Made by a program: the position numbers and the translations under genes. From NCBI GenBank assembly GCA_040219065.1, contig JAVJTD010000261.1:657-64656 (forward strand): DNA of 64,000 nucleotides, given 5' to 3'. This stretch comes from Planctomycetota bacterium (GTDB lineage Bacteria > Planctomycetota > OFTM77). Shown piece by piece: positions 46,709 to 56,509 of this stretch. The stretch's first letter is position 1, and every line of letters begins with the position of its first letter. Below the pieces are notes generated by a model, which saw only the letters and a list, made by a program, of their open reading frames with translations, was not told the DNA's origin and made no database searches.

Positions 46709-49510
46709 ATGCTCGCGCCCGACACTGGATCGACCTCTCTCCCCCATGAGTGCGACGGGACCCATGGCACGACTCGACACCACGGCCGCTGCTCGGCTCG
46801 AGGACGCGACGTGAGCGATCGCTACCAGCGGCTGAAGCAACTCTTCCTCGAGCTTCGAGACCTGCCCGCTTCCGAGCGCGCGGTGTCGCTCGACCGTCTT
46901 CAAGACGCGGAGCTTCGAAGAGAGCTCGAGAGCCTCCTGACCGCCCATGACGAAGGCTCCCGGTTCCTCGACGCCGCGGCGAGCCAGATGGAGCAGCTCG
47001 GGCCGACCGAGCGACTCGGCGCCGGCAGCCGAATCGACGAGTACGAGATCCTGGATGTCCTGGGCGAAGGCGGCATGGGCATCGTGTACCGCGCGCGGCA
47101 GGCGCGGCCCGAGCGAATCGTCGCTCTCAAGGTCATCCGCCCCGGCTGGCTCAACAAGACGCTGCTGCGCCGCTTCGAAAACGAGGGCGAGCTGCTCGGC
47201 CGACTGCGTCATCCCGGCATCGCCCAGATCTATCAGGCCGGTGCTGCCAACTCGCCGCAGGGCCCACTCCCCTACCTCGCGATGGAGCTCGTCGAGGGCG
47301 AGGCGATCACCGACTTCGCAGAGCTGCGTCAGCTCGGCATCCGCGCGCGGCTCGGGCTAGTCGCGAAGGTCTGCGATGCCGCCCAGCACGCTCACGAGAA
47401 AGGCGTCGTCCATCGCGATCTCAAGCCGAGCAACATCCTCGTCGACGACTCGGGGCACCCGAAGATCCTCGACTTCGGCGTGGCGCGCGTCACCGAGCCG
47501 GAGCTGCGGACGGCGACGCTCGAGACGGCCACCGGACAGATCATCGGCACGCTTCCCTACATGAGCCCCGAGCAGGCGAGCGGCGACCCGGGCCGGGTCG
47601 ATCCACGCAGCGATGTCTACGCGATCGGCGTCATCCTGTACGAGCTCCTCGTCGGACGGCTCCCACAAGACCTCGGCGACAAGATCCTCGCCGAAGCTCT
47701 GCGCATGATCGCCGAAGACGACGTGACGCCGCCGAGCTCGATCGATCGCGTGCTCCGAGGTGATCTCGAGACGATCCTCCTGACGGCGCTCTCGAAGGAT
47801 CTCGCTCGGCGTTATTCCTCGGCCTCCGCGCTGGCCGCCGACATCCGGCGCTATCTCGCTGACGAGCCGATCCTCGCTCGCCCGGCGAGCACCTTTTATC
47901 AAATGCGCAAGTTTGCCAGGCGCCACGTCGGGCTGGTCGCAGGCCTCACGGCGGCCTTCGTGATCCTGCTGGCGGGCACGATCGTGGCCACCGCCCTGGC
48001 GATCGAGGCGGGACGGCGCGCCGAGGATGCTAGCCGGGAGAAGAAGCGCGCCGATCGCGAAGCCCATGATGCAAGGCTCGCCCGGGACGATGCGGTTCTT
48101 CAGGCGAAGATCTCTCGCGAGCAGCGCGAGATCGCGGTCGATCAGAGGAAACGTGCCGAGCGCGAAGCGATCGCGGCCACGGAAGTCTCCGATTGGCTGG
48201 TCCAGCTCTTCGAGATCAACGAGCCGAACCGCGCTCTCGGGGAGAGCATCACGGCGCGGGCGATCCTGGATCGCGCGGCCGAGACGGTCCAACAAGAGAT
48301 GCAAGAGCAGCCTTGGCTGAGCTCGCGTCTGGCGGTCGCGATCGGTCGCGCCTACTCTCAGCTCGCGCTGTTCGAAGAAGCCGAGCCGCTCATTCGCTGG
48401 GGCATCGCAAGGCAACGCGAGACCGAGCGCGTGGGTCCGCTCGAGCTCGCCACCAGCCTGCACGTTCTCGGCGATTTCTTGATGAAGCGCAATCGCAATG
48501 GGGAGGCGATCGATTGCTTCGAGGAGTCGTTGTCGATTCGAGAGCGCGAGCTTCCCGAGGACAGCTTCGACATCATGATCTCGCTCTTGGGACTGGGCAC
48601 GGCCGAGCGGCGCTCCGATCGCTTCGAGGATGCGCTCTCACACCTGAGCCGCGCCGAGACGATCGGGGTCGCGACGGTCTCCGAGAATGACGAGCACTTG
48701 GCGCAAGTGCTGGGCGAGCTCGGCAATGTCTACCAATCGACGGCCGAGTACGAGCAAGCTGCCGAGCTTCTCGAACGATCGCTCGACATCTGGTCCAAAT
48801 CCTTGCCGCCCGGCCATCCTCGCCTGGCGCAGGGGTACAACAACCTCGGCGTGCTGCAGAAGAGCCTCGGGCAGACCGAAGCCGCCGAGGCGAGCTTCCT
48901 CCGGACGCTCGAGATCCTCGAGACACTCTTCCCGGATGGCCACCCCAACATCGCCTTGATCACGCTCAACGTCGCGTTGCTCTGGGCAGACAGCGGCGAC
49001 CTCGAGCGCGCGGCCCCGTACGTCGAGCGAACCGACTTGCTCCTGAAAGAGCTGGGCATCGACGACTGGACGCTCACCGCCACGCTCTCGAACCTGCGCG
49101 CGCGAAGGGCCGCGGCGGCGGGCGATGGCGAAGCGGCGAGCCGTGCCTTCGGCGAAGCCGTTCGGCTCGCCGAGGCCGGCGGCGGTCCCGAGACCACCAA
49201 GCTCGCCACGCACCTGATGTACGCGGCGAACCACCACCGCTCGCAGGGAGGCCCCGAGAAGGCAATGGAGCTGACGCGTCGCGCGCTCACGATTCGAGAG
49301 AAGCTGCTGCCGCCCGATCATCCCGACATCGGTGAGTCACTCGCGATGCTTGGCCGAATCCTGGTCGGCCAGGAGCGCTTCGACGAAGCCGAGCCGGTGC
49401 TGAGGCGCGCGCTCGAAATCGAAGGGGAGCGCGCTCGCACTGATACACGAGAGGCCTGGGCGAAGGTGCAAGGGCAGAGCACCGAGCATTCGCCTTCGGG
49501 CGACAAGTAA
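46709..49510 (+). CDS. serine/threonine protein kinase with TM segment and long C-terminal TPR-repeat domain (start may be GTG ~46811)
   Basis: YEILDVLGEGGMGIVYRARQ...ALKVI (ATP site), HRDLKPSNILVD (catalytic loop), ILDFGVAR (DFG), TM LVAGLTAAFVILLAGTIVATALAI, many TPR-like repeats to the C-terminus. Confidence 0.88.
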   Translation: MLAPDTGSTSLPHECDGTHGTTRHHGRCSARGRDVSDRYQRLKQLFLELRDLPASERAVSLDRLQDAELRRELESLLTAHDEGSRFLDAAASQMEQLGPTERLGAGSRIDEYEILDVLGEGGMGIVYRARQARPERIVALKVIRPGWLNKTLLRRFENEGELLGRLRHPGIAQIYQAGAANSPQGPLPYLAMELVEGEAITDFAELRQLGIRARLGLVAKVCDAAQHAHEKGVVHRDLKPSNILVDDSGHPKILDFGVARVTEPELRTATLETATGQIIGTLPYMSPEQASGDPGRVDPRSDVYAIGVILYELLVGRLPQDLGDKILAEALRMIAEDDVTPPSSIDRVLRGDLETILLTALSKDLARRYSSASALAADIRRYLADEPILARPASTFYQMRKFARRHVGLVAGLTAAFVILLAGTIVATALAIEAGRRAEDASREKKRADREAHDARLARDDAVLQAKISREQREIAVDQRKRAEREAIAATEVSDWLVQLFEINEPNRALGESITARAILDRAAETVQQEMQEQPWLSSRLAVAIGRAYSQLALFEEAEPLIRWGIARQRETERVGPLELATSLHVLGDFLMKRNRNGEAIDCFEESLSIRERELPEDSFDIMISLLGLGTAERRSDRFEDALSHLSRAETIGVATVSENDEHLAQVLGELGNVYQSTAEYEQAAELLERSLDIWSKSLPPGHPRLAQGYNNLGVLQKSLGQTEAAEASFLRTLEILETLFPDGHPNIALITLNVALLWADSGDLERAAPYVERTDLLLKELGIDDWTLTATLSNLRARRAAAAGDGEAASRAFGEAVRLAEAGGGPETTKLATHLMYAANHHRSQGGPEKAMELTRRALTIREKLLPPDHPDIGESLAMLGRILVGQERFDEAEPVLRRALEIEGERARTDTREAWAKVQGQSTEHSPSGDK

Positions 49511-49531
49511 GCGCCCGGATCGCTTCCGCGA

Positions 49532-49798
49532 TCACCCGATCGCGACGCGGTGCAGGAGGTCGACGAGCTGACCGATGTTCTCGAGCTTGCCGAGCTCGGC
49601 GCGAGGCACCTTGACTCGCAGGTCGCGCATGCTGCACGAGACGATCTCGACAATGTCGAGGCTGGACGCACCGAGATCCTCGAGGGAGTCGGTCGGTTGG
49701 ACCTCGACGTCCTCGAGCTCGTCGATCGTGTCGATCAAGTGACCTCGGACGATGTCGAAGACCTGGCTGCGCGTGATCTCGTGAAGGCTCTGGCTCAT
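49532..49798 (-). CDS. acyl carrier protein
   Basis: 88 aa four-helix ACP with phosphopantetheine site LEDLGASSLDIVEIV (D-S-L). Confidence 0.85.
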   Translation of the reverse strand: MSQSLHEITRSQVFDIVRGHLIDTIDELEDVEVQPTDSLEDLGASSLDIVEIVSCSMRDLRVKVPRAELGKLENIGQLVDLLHRVAIG

Positions 49799-49936
49799 GA
49801 CTCGAGCTCCATCAGGGGAGTGACTTCAGATCGCCGATCGACCTGCTCGGGGAGTGAAACGGGAGGCGCCTCACGATCCGGCAATGGAGTCGTGAGTTTT
49901 CGTATCCCCCCACTTCAGGAGGTTGGCTCTCCGGCT

Positions 49937-50809
49937 TCAGCCGGATCGTTTCCCTTCGAAACGCGCGTTCCTCGTGGTCGCGGGCTCCACTCCGACGCTC
50001 TCGGTCTTCGCGAAGACCCGTTCCCGGTGCTGGAAGAGCCGGACGACGTTGTCGGAGAATTCGAGGCCGCGGTCGAGGGTGATGACTTGGCCGGTGATCG
50101 CGTCCATCTTGCCGCTGCAGAGGCCGACGATGGCGCTGGCGATCTCCTCGGCTTCCAGGAAGAACGCGTCGCTGTGGTACTGGCGACAGAAGGCGGCGAA
50201 GTCCTCGCCGAACGTCGCCTCGAGAGAGCGGGTCTCGCAGAACCAGGCGCGGAGGACGTTCACTCGGACGTCGTCTCCGAGAAGGTCGGCGGCGAGGTAG
50301 CGGCAGAAGGTCTCCATGACAGACTTGGAGGCGGCGACGACGTCGTAGCCTGGCAGGAAGTACTCGGGACCGGGTGACGAGAGCCCGATCGCGTAGCGTG
50401 GATAGGCACCGAAGTGCTCTTTGATCGCTTGCAGGTACGACGCGAACGGCCAGGCGCTGTACTCGAGCCCGCGGCGGAGGCCCTTGCGCGTCAGGTCGCT
50501 GGGCGTGTGACACACCGGCGCGAACGAGACGTTGCTGACGAAGACCTCGATGCGCTCGTGATAGCGTCGCACCGACTCGAAGAGCGCCCGCGTGTCCTCG
50601 TCTCGAGCGACATCGGCTTCGAGGATCGCGGGCGTTGGCGCCCCCTCCTCTTGAAAGCGCTCGGTAATCGCGTCCTCGTCGGCCGAGCCCCAGCGATGCG
50701 TCAGGATCGTGCTCGCACCGCGCCGCCCGAAGGCCAGCGCCGTCTCGAGACCGATGCCTTGCGTGCCGCCGGTGACCAGCACCGCCTTGCCCGTGAAGTC
50801 AACGCGCAT
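49937..50809 (-). CDS. enoyl-[ACP] reductase-like SDR (FabI/FabL-type Tyr-x6-Lys)
   Basis: AVLVTGGTQGIGLETA; active-site spacing Y-DVVAAS-K; paralogous to the next gene. Confidence 0.7.
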   Translation of the reverse strand: MRVDFTGKAVLVTGGTQGIGLETALAFGRRGASTILTHRWGSADEDAITERFQEEGAPTPAILEADVARDEDTRALFESVRRYHERIEVFVSNVSFAPVCHTPSDLTRKGLRRGLEYSAWPFASYLQAIKEHFGAYPRYAIGLSSPGPEYFLPGYDVVAASKSVMETFCRYLAADLLGDDVRVNVLRAWFCETRSLEATFGEDFAAFCRQYHSDAFFLEAEEIASAIVGLCSGKMDAITGQVITLDRGLEFSDNVVRLFQHRERVFAKTESVGVEPATTRNARFEGKRSG

Positions 50810-51602
50810 GGTCCACCTCCTCGAAGAGCCTCTGGCCGAGCGTCATCATGTTGTCGACGAAGCCCGAGCCGTGATCGACGGTGATCACCTGTCCGGACAA
50901 GGCGTCCCAGAGCCCGCTGCAGAGACTCGACGCGACATCGGCGACCTGCTCCGCCTCGACCGCGTACTCGGCGAAAGCCCGGGACACGGCCGCACCGTGC
51001 TCGCCGAACATCTCGCCGAAGCCGTCGGTCGTCACCTGCCGCGTCCGAATCACGTTCACGCGGCACCCGGCCTCCCTGAGATGAGTCGCCCAGTATTTCG
51101 CGAGCGTCTCGAGCACCGACTTGGCGAGCGCGACGTAGCCGTAGCCCGGGTAATGTCGATCGGCCCCGTCTGACGAGAGCGCCAGGGCATAACGCGGATA
51201 CCGGCCGAACACCGACGCGATCCCTTGCAGCGTGCCGATGAAGGGCCAAGCGCTGTAGTCGATGCTGCGCAGCAGGTCGCGGCGGCGATAGTCCATCGCG
51301 CCCTGCGAGCGCGGCACGACGCACACGTTGTGGACGAACACGTCGATCACTCCATACCGATCGCGAATGAGCTCGAGCAGCTCCCGTGTCTCGCCGTCGT
51401 CGCCGGCATCCGCCTGCACGATCATCAACATCTTTGCCCCGAGCTCTTCAAACCGTCCTCGGATCTCGTCCTCGTCGGCCGAGCTCCACCGATGCGTCAG
51501 GACCACCCGATCGCCCTCGCCCCCGAAGGCCTCGCCGATCGCCAGGCCCAGCCCTTTCGTCCCGCCGGTGACCAGCACGACGCGTCCAGGATTCTCACTC
51601 AT
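50799..51602 (-). CDS. enoyl-[ACP] reductase-like SDR (FabI/FabL-type), tandem paralogue
   Basis: VVLVTGGTKGLGLAIG; Y-GYVALA-K (Y-x6-K); colinear with the 49937..50809 protein. Confidence 0.7.
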   Translation of the reverse strand: MSENPGRVVLVTGGTKGLGLAIGEAFGGEGDRVVLTHRWSSADEDEIRGRFEELGAKMLMIVQADAGDDGETRELLELIRDRYGVIDVFVHNVCVVPRSQGAMDYRRRDLLRSIDYSAWPFIGTLQGIASVFGRYPRYALALSSDGADRHYPGYGYVALAKSVLETLAKYWATHLREAGCRVNVIRTRQVTTDGFGEMFGEHGAAVSRAFAEYAVEAEQVADVASSLCSGLWDALSGQVITVDHGSGFVDNMMTLGQRLFEEVDHAR

Positions 51603-52359
51603 GCCGATCCTCCATTCCGGGGAAGTAGCTGCCTTGAATCCTCTGCGCGGTCTCGGGCTTCTCGAAGCACACCGCGTGCATCAGCGCCTCGGACACGCGC
51701 GCGCGCTCGAACGCTACGCGACGCGGCGCCACGAGCGTCTGCTTCAATAGCCTGAGCGCGAAGCCCGGCTTCTCGGCGATGCGCCGCGCGATGCCGAGCG
51801 CGTGTGGCAACACGTCTTGTCCAGGCAACACCGCATTGACTCCACCTGACAGCTCGGAGCCGCGAACGAATCGCCCGCTCATCATCATCTCGGTGGCGAG
51901 GTACTCGCCGCACGCCACCTGCAGGAGACCGGTCGTGCCCATCCCCGGCGTGAACCCGAGATCCATGAAGTTGCAGCCGTAGCGTTTCTCCTTCGCCAGG
52001 ATCACCATGTCGCAGCACAGGCCGAAGACCAGCCCGCCACCGACGGCATGCCCGCTCATCGCGGCGATCGTCGGGACCGGGACATCCAACAACGTGCGGG
52101 TGAGCGTCAAGTCGTAGGGCGAGCGCCGACCTTCGGCGAGGTCGAGCAGGACTTCCTGGTCGCCGCCCGCCGAGAAGACATCGTCACTGCCCGTCACGAC
52201 ACAGCACTTCACCGCGGGATCGGAGAGCGCTTCCAGTCGCGCGACCAGCTCCGAGACGAAGCTCTCGCCGAAGGCGTTCTTCCCGGCTGGGTCTTGCATG
52301 CGTAGCAAGGCGACACCGTCACGATCGATCTCGAGCGTGATGCACGGCTCGCTCATCAC
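51595..52359 (-). CDS. enoyl-CoA hydratase/isomerase (crotonase) family, ECH2-like (decarboxylase of beta-branching cassettes)
   Basis: Crotonase fold motifs KCCVVTGSDDVFSAGGDQ and AAMSGHAVGGGLVFGLCCDMVI; position after ECH1/HMGS matches PksI/MupK-type. Confidence 0.75.
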   Translation of the reverse strand: MMSEPCITLEIDRDGVALLRMQDPAGKNAFGESFVSELVARLEALSDPAVKCCVVTGSDDVFSAGGDQEVLLDLAEGRRSPYDLTLTRTLLDVPVPTIAAMSGHAVGGGLVFGLCCDMVILAKEKRYGCNFMDLGFTPGMGTTGLLQVACGEYLATEMMMSGRFVRGSELSGGVNAVLPGQDVLPHALGIARRIAEKPGFALRLLKQTLVAPRRVAFERARVSEALMHAVCFEKPETAQRIQGSYFPGMEDRHE

Positions 52360-53126
52360 ACCGCCTCCGACTCGATGGTCCAGGGCGAGCGGCCTTCGAG
52401 GAACGCCGCGATGGACCGGCGCACGCTCGGATCCCGAAGTCGCTCCGCCGTCAACGATGCCCCCGCCGACAGTGCCTCTTCGAGTGACCGGGACGTCAGT
52501 CCGCTCAGGAGCCGAGCGATTCGGCGACTCGCTGCCGGGTCGACGCGGACGAGCTGCCGCTCCAAGCGCTTCAGCTCCCGCTCCAGCTCATCATGCGTCG
52601 TGACGACATCGACGAGCCCGATCTCCCGTGCGCGATGCGCCGAGCAAGGCAACGCCGAGGCCGCGAGCCAGCGCGCCTTCTGAGAGGCCATCCGCCCGAG
52701 GAGCATCGGCAGCACCATCGCCGGCACCAGCCCGAGGACCGCTTCGGGCAACGTGAAGGTCGCTCGCTCGGTCGCGATCACATGATCTGCCGCGGCCACG
52801 AGCCCCACACCCCCAGCAGCCACCTCGCCGTCGACGACCGCGATCACCACGGCCTTCAAATGATGCAGGCGAGCCAGCACCCTCGCGAACTGCTCCAGGC
52901 AAGGTTGGAGCTCGCCATCCGCCATCGAGAGGACTCGGCCGAGGTCCATGCCCCGGCAGAACGGATCGCTGCCGGACAACACCAGCACGCGGCAGTTCGC
53001 GTCCTTCTCCAGCTCGCCCAGAATTCGCTCCAGGCGATCGAGCGAATCGGGGTCGAGCGTCGCCTCACCGCCTAGCCGGATCTCGCGGACGTCTTCGGAG
53101 AGGAGCTCATGGTCGATCGTCATCAT
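52356..53126 (-). CDS. enoyl-CoA hydratase/isomerase family, ECH1-like (dehydratase of beta-branching cassettes)
   Basis: Crotonase motifs RVLVLSGSDPFCRGMDL and AVVDGEVAAGGVGLVAAADHVIA; 4-nt overlaps with both neighbours. Confidence 0.75.
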   Translation of the reverse strand: MMTIDHELLSEDVREIRLGGEATLDPDSLDRLERILGELEKDANCRVLVLSGSDPFCRGMDLGRVLSMADGELQPCLEQFARVLARLHHLKAVVIAVVDGEVAAGGVGLVAAADHVIATERATFTLPEAVLGLVPAMVLPMLLGRMASQKARWLAASALPCSAHRAREIGLVDVVTTHDELERELKRLERQLVRVDPAASRRIARLLSGLTSRSLEEALSAGASLTAERLRDPSVRRSIAAFLEGRSPWTIESEAV

Positions 53127-53138
53127 GGTCGGACTCCT

Positions 53139-54356
53139 TCAGCTCAATCCGTACTGACGCTCGAACCCCGAGACGCCCTCGAGAACGAGTCGGCCTCGCC
53201 CCGCATAAAGGCGCTCGTACAGGTCACCGTGCTCGCCCCGCGCCACGAGGTAGTCGGGCTGCTCGGCCCGCTCCGTCCTGGTGCGCTCGATGCGCTCATA
53301 CTCGGAGACGCTCACGGGCCGTCGCTCCTCGAGCAGCTCTTCCAGCCGGGCAGCGGCGACGATCTCCTTGGCTCTTGCTCCGATGCGCCCTTCGTAGATC
53401 TCGGCGCACGAGCCCGATCCGTACGAGAAGATGCTGACGCGGTCGCCCGGGGAGAGCTCGGGATCGCTATCGATCAAGCCGAGCAGCCCGAAGAAGGTCG
53501 AGCTCGAGTAGGTGCCACCGAGGAGCGCGTTGTAGGTGAGGCTCGGCCGCACCTTCCGCTCGAAGTGGGCCCGCGCCTCGGCCGCGTCCACTCGCCGTGC
53601 ACGCCGCAGCAGCGCTCGGTGAGCTCGCCAGGCCATGCCGCCGAAGGGCATGTGGTAGATGTGCCGCTGGAAATAGTCGTCGAGATCGTTGTCGCCGGCG
53701 CGCGTGAGGAAATGATCATAGGCGCCTTCGAGGCCGTCGAGGTAGCAGAACAGGCTGTCGTCGGCATGTCCTACCTCGCTCGTGGCGGTCGGGCGATAGG
53801 TATCGGCGACCTCGCTCGTCCAGTACCCGCAGTGCGAGAGCTCCAGCTCGAGGACATCGGGCCGATCCCCGACGATCATCGCGACGGCGCCCGCCCCCAT
53901 CACCATCTCCCAGGGCTTGCCGAAGTGGGCGCGGCTCTGGTCGGTGGTGACGACGAGCGCCTTCGCTCCGGGCCGAATGCCACTCGCCACCCAGTGCGCG
54001 GCGAGCATCAAGGCGGAGGTGCCGCTGTAACAAGCGTGCTTCGTCTCGAGCGTCCGGCAGTTGGGCTGGATGCCGCCGTAGCGGTGCACATACGCGGCGA
54101 TCGGCTTGCCGAAGTCCGGCGAGGACTCGGTGCCGACGACGAGGAGCTCGATGCGCTCCCGGTCCTCATCGGTGAGGACCGAGAGCGCGGCATTGACGGC
54201 CATCGTCACCGGATCTTCGAAGAGCGGATTGAGTGACCGCGTCTTCACCATGAGCTCGTCGAGCGATGCCGGGTCCTGGCCACGGGCAATCGCGAGCTCT
54301 GCGAGGTCCAAGGAGAGCGTGCACGGGTAGGCCGAGATCTTCTGGATTCCGATCAT
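53139..54356 (-). CDS. hydroxymethylglutaryl-CoA synthase homologue (HMGS; PksG/MupH-like)
   Basis: 405 aa from MIGIQKISAYP (RBS GGAG upstream); catalytic Cys in RTLETKHACYSGTSAL, His in HIYHMPFGG, C-terminal SYGSGS; the listed 710-aa ORF is this gene plus an out-of-frame overlap of the KR gene. Confidence 0.85.
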   Translation of the reverse strand: MIGIQKISAYPCTLSLDLAELAIARGQDPASLDELMVKTRSLNPLFEDPVTMAVNAALSVLTDEDRERIELLVVGTESSPDFGKPIAAYVHRYGGIQPNCRTLETKHACYSGTSALMLAAHWVASGIRPGAKALVVTTDQSRAHFGKPWEMVMGAGAVAMIVGDRPDVLELELSHCGYWTSEVADTYRPTATSEVGHADDSLFCYLDGLEGAYDHFLTRAGDNDLDDYFQRHIYHMPFGGMAWRAHRALLRRARRVDAAEARAHFERKVRPSLTYNALLGGTYSSSTFFGLLGLIDSDPELSPGDRVSIFSYGSGSCAEIYEGRIGARAKEIVAAARLEELLEERRPVSVSEYERIERTRTERAEQPDYLVARGEHGDLYERLYAGRGRLVLEGVSGFERQYGLS

Positions 54357-54379
54357 CTTCCGGCTCCGATCGAACGAGC

Positions 54380-55168
54380 TCACTTCGTCCAGTCCAGTCC
54401 GCCGGTGACGGGGATCACCTGCCCATTGATGAAGCTGGCGGCATCGCTCGCGAGGAAGAGGACGACGCGCGCCAGCTCTTCGGCTTCGCCCATGCGTCCA
54501 CCCGGCATGGGGCAGAGGTCTCGCCAGTAGTCCCGCATGCGCTCCGGCATCGTCTCGCGCGTCATGTCGGTCTCGAAGAAGCCCGGCCGCACGACGTTGG
54601 CGCGGATTCCCTTCGGTCCGTACTCCTTCGCGAGGCTTCGCGTGAGCCCTTCGAGCCCGGCCTTGCTCGCCGCGTAGTTGGCCTGACCCGAGCCGCCGCC
54701 GGCTTGGATCGAGGAGACGTTGATGATGCGGCCACAGCGGCCCGCGAGCATCGAGGGCAAGAAGTGCCGGCAGACGCGGAAGGGGCCCGAGAGGTTCGTC
54801 GCGATCACCGTGTCCCATTCCTGGTCCGACATCGAGATCGCGAGGTTGTCGCGGTTCACGCCCGCGCAGTTCACGACGACCTCCACCGGCTCGAAGTCGA
54901 GCTGCACCGCCTCGAGCGCCGGCTCGATCGCCTGGGCATCGGAGACATTCAACTCGTAGGCGCGGCAGTGAGCTTCTGGACGCATCGCTCGGGCGGCCTC
55001 GATCACGCCACCGGCAGCAGCGCGATTCGATTTGAAGGTAAAGGCAACATCGTGACCGGCTCGGATCGCCTCCAGCACGATCGCCGCGCCCAGCCCGCGC
55101 GAGCCTCCTGTGACCAGCCAGTTCACCTCGCGTCTCCTTCTTCGAAGCGCCGATACAGCGCGCAGCAA
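54380..55168 (-). CDS. fabG: 3-oxoacyl-[ACP] reductase (FabG-like KR); probable true start at a GTG near 55126 preceded by AAGGAGA
   Basis: WLVTGGSRGLGAAI, NAG motif VVNCAGVN, catalytic S..YAASKAGLEG (YxxxK). Confidence 0.88.
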   Translation of the reverse strand: MLRAVSALRRRRREVNWLVTGGSRGLGAAIVLEAIRAGHDVAFTFKSNRAAAGGVIEAARAMRPEAHCRAYELNVSDAQAIEPALEAVQLDFEPVEVVVNCAGVNRDNLAISMSDQEWDTVIATNLSGPFRVCRHFLPSMLAGRCGRIINVSSIQAGGGSGQANYAASKAGLEGLTRSLAKEYGPKGIRANVVRPGFFETDMTRETMPERMRDYWRDLCPMPGGRMGEAEELARVVLFLASDAASFINGQVIPVTGGLDWTK

Positions 55169-56427
55169 TTGATCCCGCCGAAGCCGAAGGAGTTCTTGAG
55201 CAGGACGTCGGCGCGGTGCTCGACGGGTCCTTCGGCGCAGACATCGAGCGCGACCTCGTCATCGAGCTCATCGATGTTGATCGAGGGATGCAGGACGCCG
55301 CCTTGCATCTGCAGCAGCGCGGCCACCGTCTCGACGACGGGCGCCGACCAGCAGGTGTGACCGAGCATCGACTTCGGCGCGTTGACCTTCAGCCGATCGG
55401 CATGACTACCGAACGCCGCGCGCAGCGCTCGCATCTCGGACAGGTCGCCCTGCGGCGTCGAGGTCGCGTGCGCACACACGAAGTCGACATCCTCGGGGCG
55501 CGTACCCGTGCGTTGCAGCAGCCGCTCGATCGTCCGAGTCTGCCCTTCGGGAGACGGCGCGGGCAGGTGACAGCCGTCGGCGGTCGCTGTACATCCGAGC
55601 ACCTCGGCGTAGATGCGTGCGCCCCGCCCGAGCGCATGCCCCAGCTCCTCGAGCACCAGCACGCCCGCTCCGTGCGATGGCACGAAGCCCTCTCGCCGCT
55701 TGTCCCACGGCCGGCTGGCCGCTTCGGGACAATCGTTGAAGCTCTCGATGCTGATCGCGCCCATCAACGCCATCGCCTGCACATCGAGCGCTGAGAACTC
55801 GAGCACCGGACCGACGACCATGACGAGGTCTTGGTCATGATGACGAATCTCGTCGAGGCCGGTGCGCAAGGCGAGGTTGGCGCTCGCGCAGGCACCACCG
55901 AGCGTGAATGCCGATCCCTTCCAGCCGAGCACCTCGCTGACGGAGCCGGCGTGATCGGTGTCGAGCATCAGCAGCGCCGCGGCCGCGTCGATGTAATCGG
56001 GCTCGCCGCGAAACGTCTCGTAGTTGCCGATGAGGTAGTTCTGGTTCAGGTTGTGCCCGCCGACGAGCACGCTGCTCCGGGTCGGGTCTTCCTGGCCGGT
56101 CAGTCCGGCGTCCCTCCAGCCCTCGGCGGCGACGAGCATCGAGATCTCGGTCGAGAACGGAGCCTTCTTACTGAGCTGACGGAGCCGACGATGCATCGCG
56201 TCGGGCAGCCGCTCCCGCAGCGCCTCACGCCGCGCCACGCCATCGACGTGACCGGCGAGGTCGCCGCCGATCTTCGAGTAAACACCCTCCGTCTCCAGGC
56301 TGCGCCACTGCCGGATCGCCGAGCGCCCGGCGAGGAGGTTCGCGTAGAAGGTCTCGAGGTCACCGCCGAGCGGCGTCTGTATCGCCATCCCCGTTACGAC
56401 CACTCGCCGTTGATTCGCCGCGATCAT
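55123..56427 (-). CDS. beta-ketoacyl-[ACP] synthase (FabF/FabB-like KS, Cys-His-His triad intact)
   Basis: Starts MIAANQRRVVVTGMAIQTPLG within ORF 55123..56508; active-site Cys LGGACASAN, His CAHATSTPQGD, His KSMLGHTCWSA. Confidence 0.88.
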   Translation of the reverse strand: MIAANQRRVVVTGMAIQTPLGGDLETFYANLLAGRSAIRQWRSLETEGVYSKIGGDLAGHVDGVARREALRERLPDAMHRRLRQLSKKAPFSTEISMLVAAEGWRDAGLTGQEDPTRSSVLVGGHNLNQNYLIGNYETFRGEPDYIDAAAALLMLDTDHAGSVSEVLGWKGSAFTLGGACASANLALRTGLDEIRHHDQDLVMVVGPVLEFSALDVQAMALMGAISIESFNDCPEAASRPWDKRREGFVPSHGAGVLVLEELGHALGRGARIYAEVLGCTATADGCHLPAPSPEGQTRTIERLLQRTGTRPEDVDFVCAHATSTPQGDLSEMRALRAAFGSHADRLKVNAPKSMLGHTCWSAPVVETVAALLQMQGGVLHPSINIDELDDEVALDVCAEGPVEHRADVLLKNSFGFGGINCCALYRRFEEGDAR

Positions 56428-56509
56428 GACGTGCTCCTTCGTGAGGCTCCGAGCGACTCGACAGTCGCTGTCGCCGAGGGAAACGAAGGAGGCATGCCGA
56501 TCCGGCAAT

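Noticed and set aside
53139-55271. 710-aa minus-strand ORF
   Set aside because: Chimeric: HMGS (from MIGIQ at 54356) preceded by an out-of-frame read through the KR gene.
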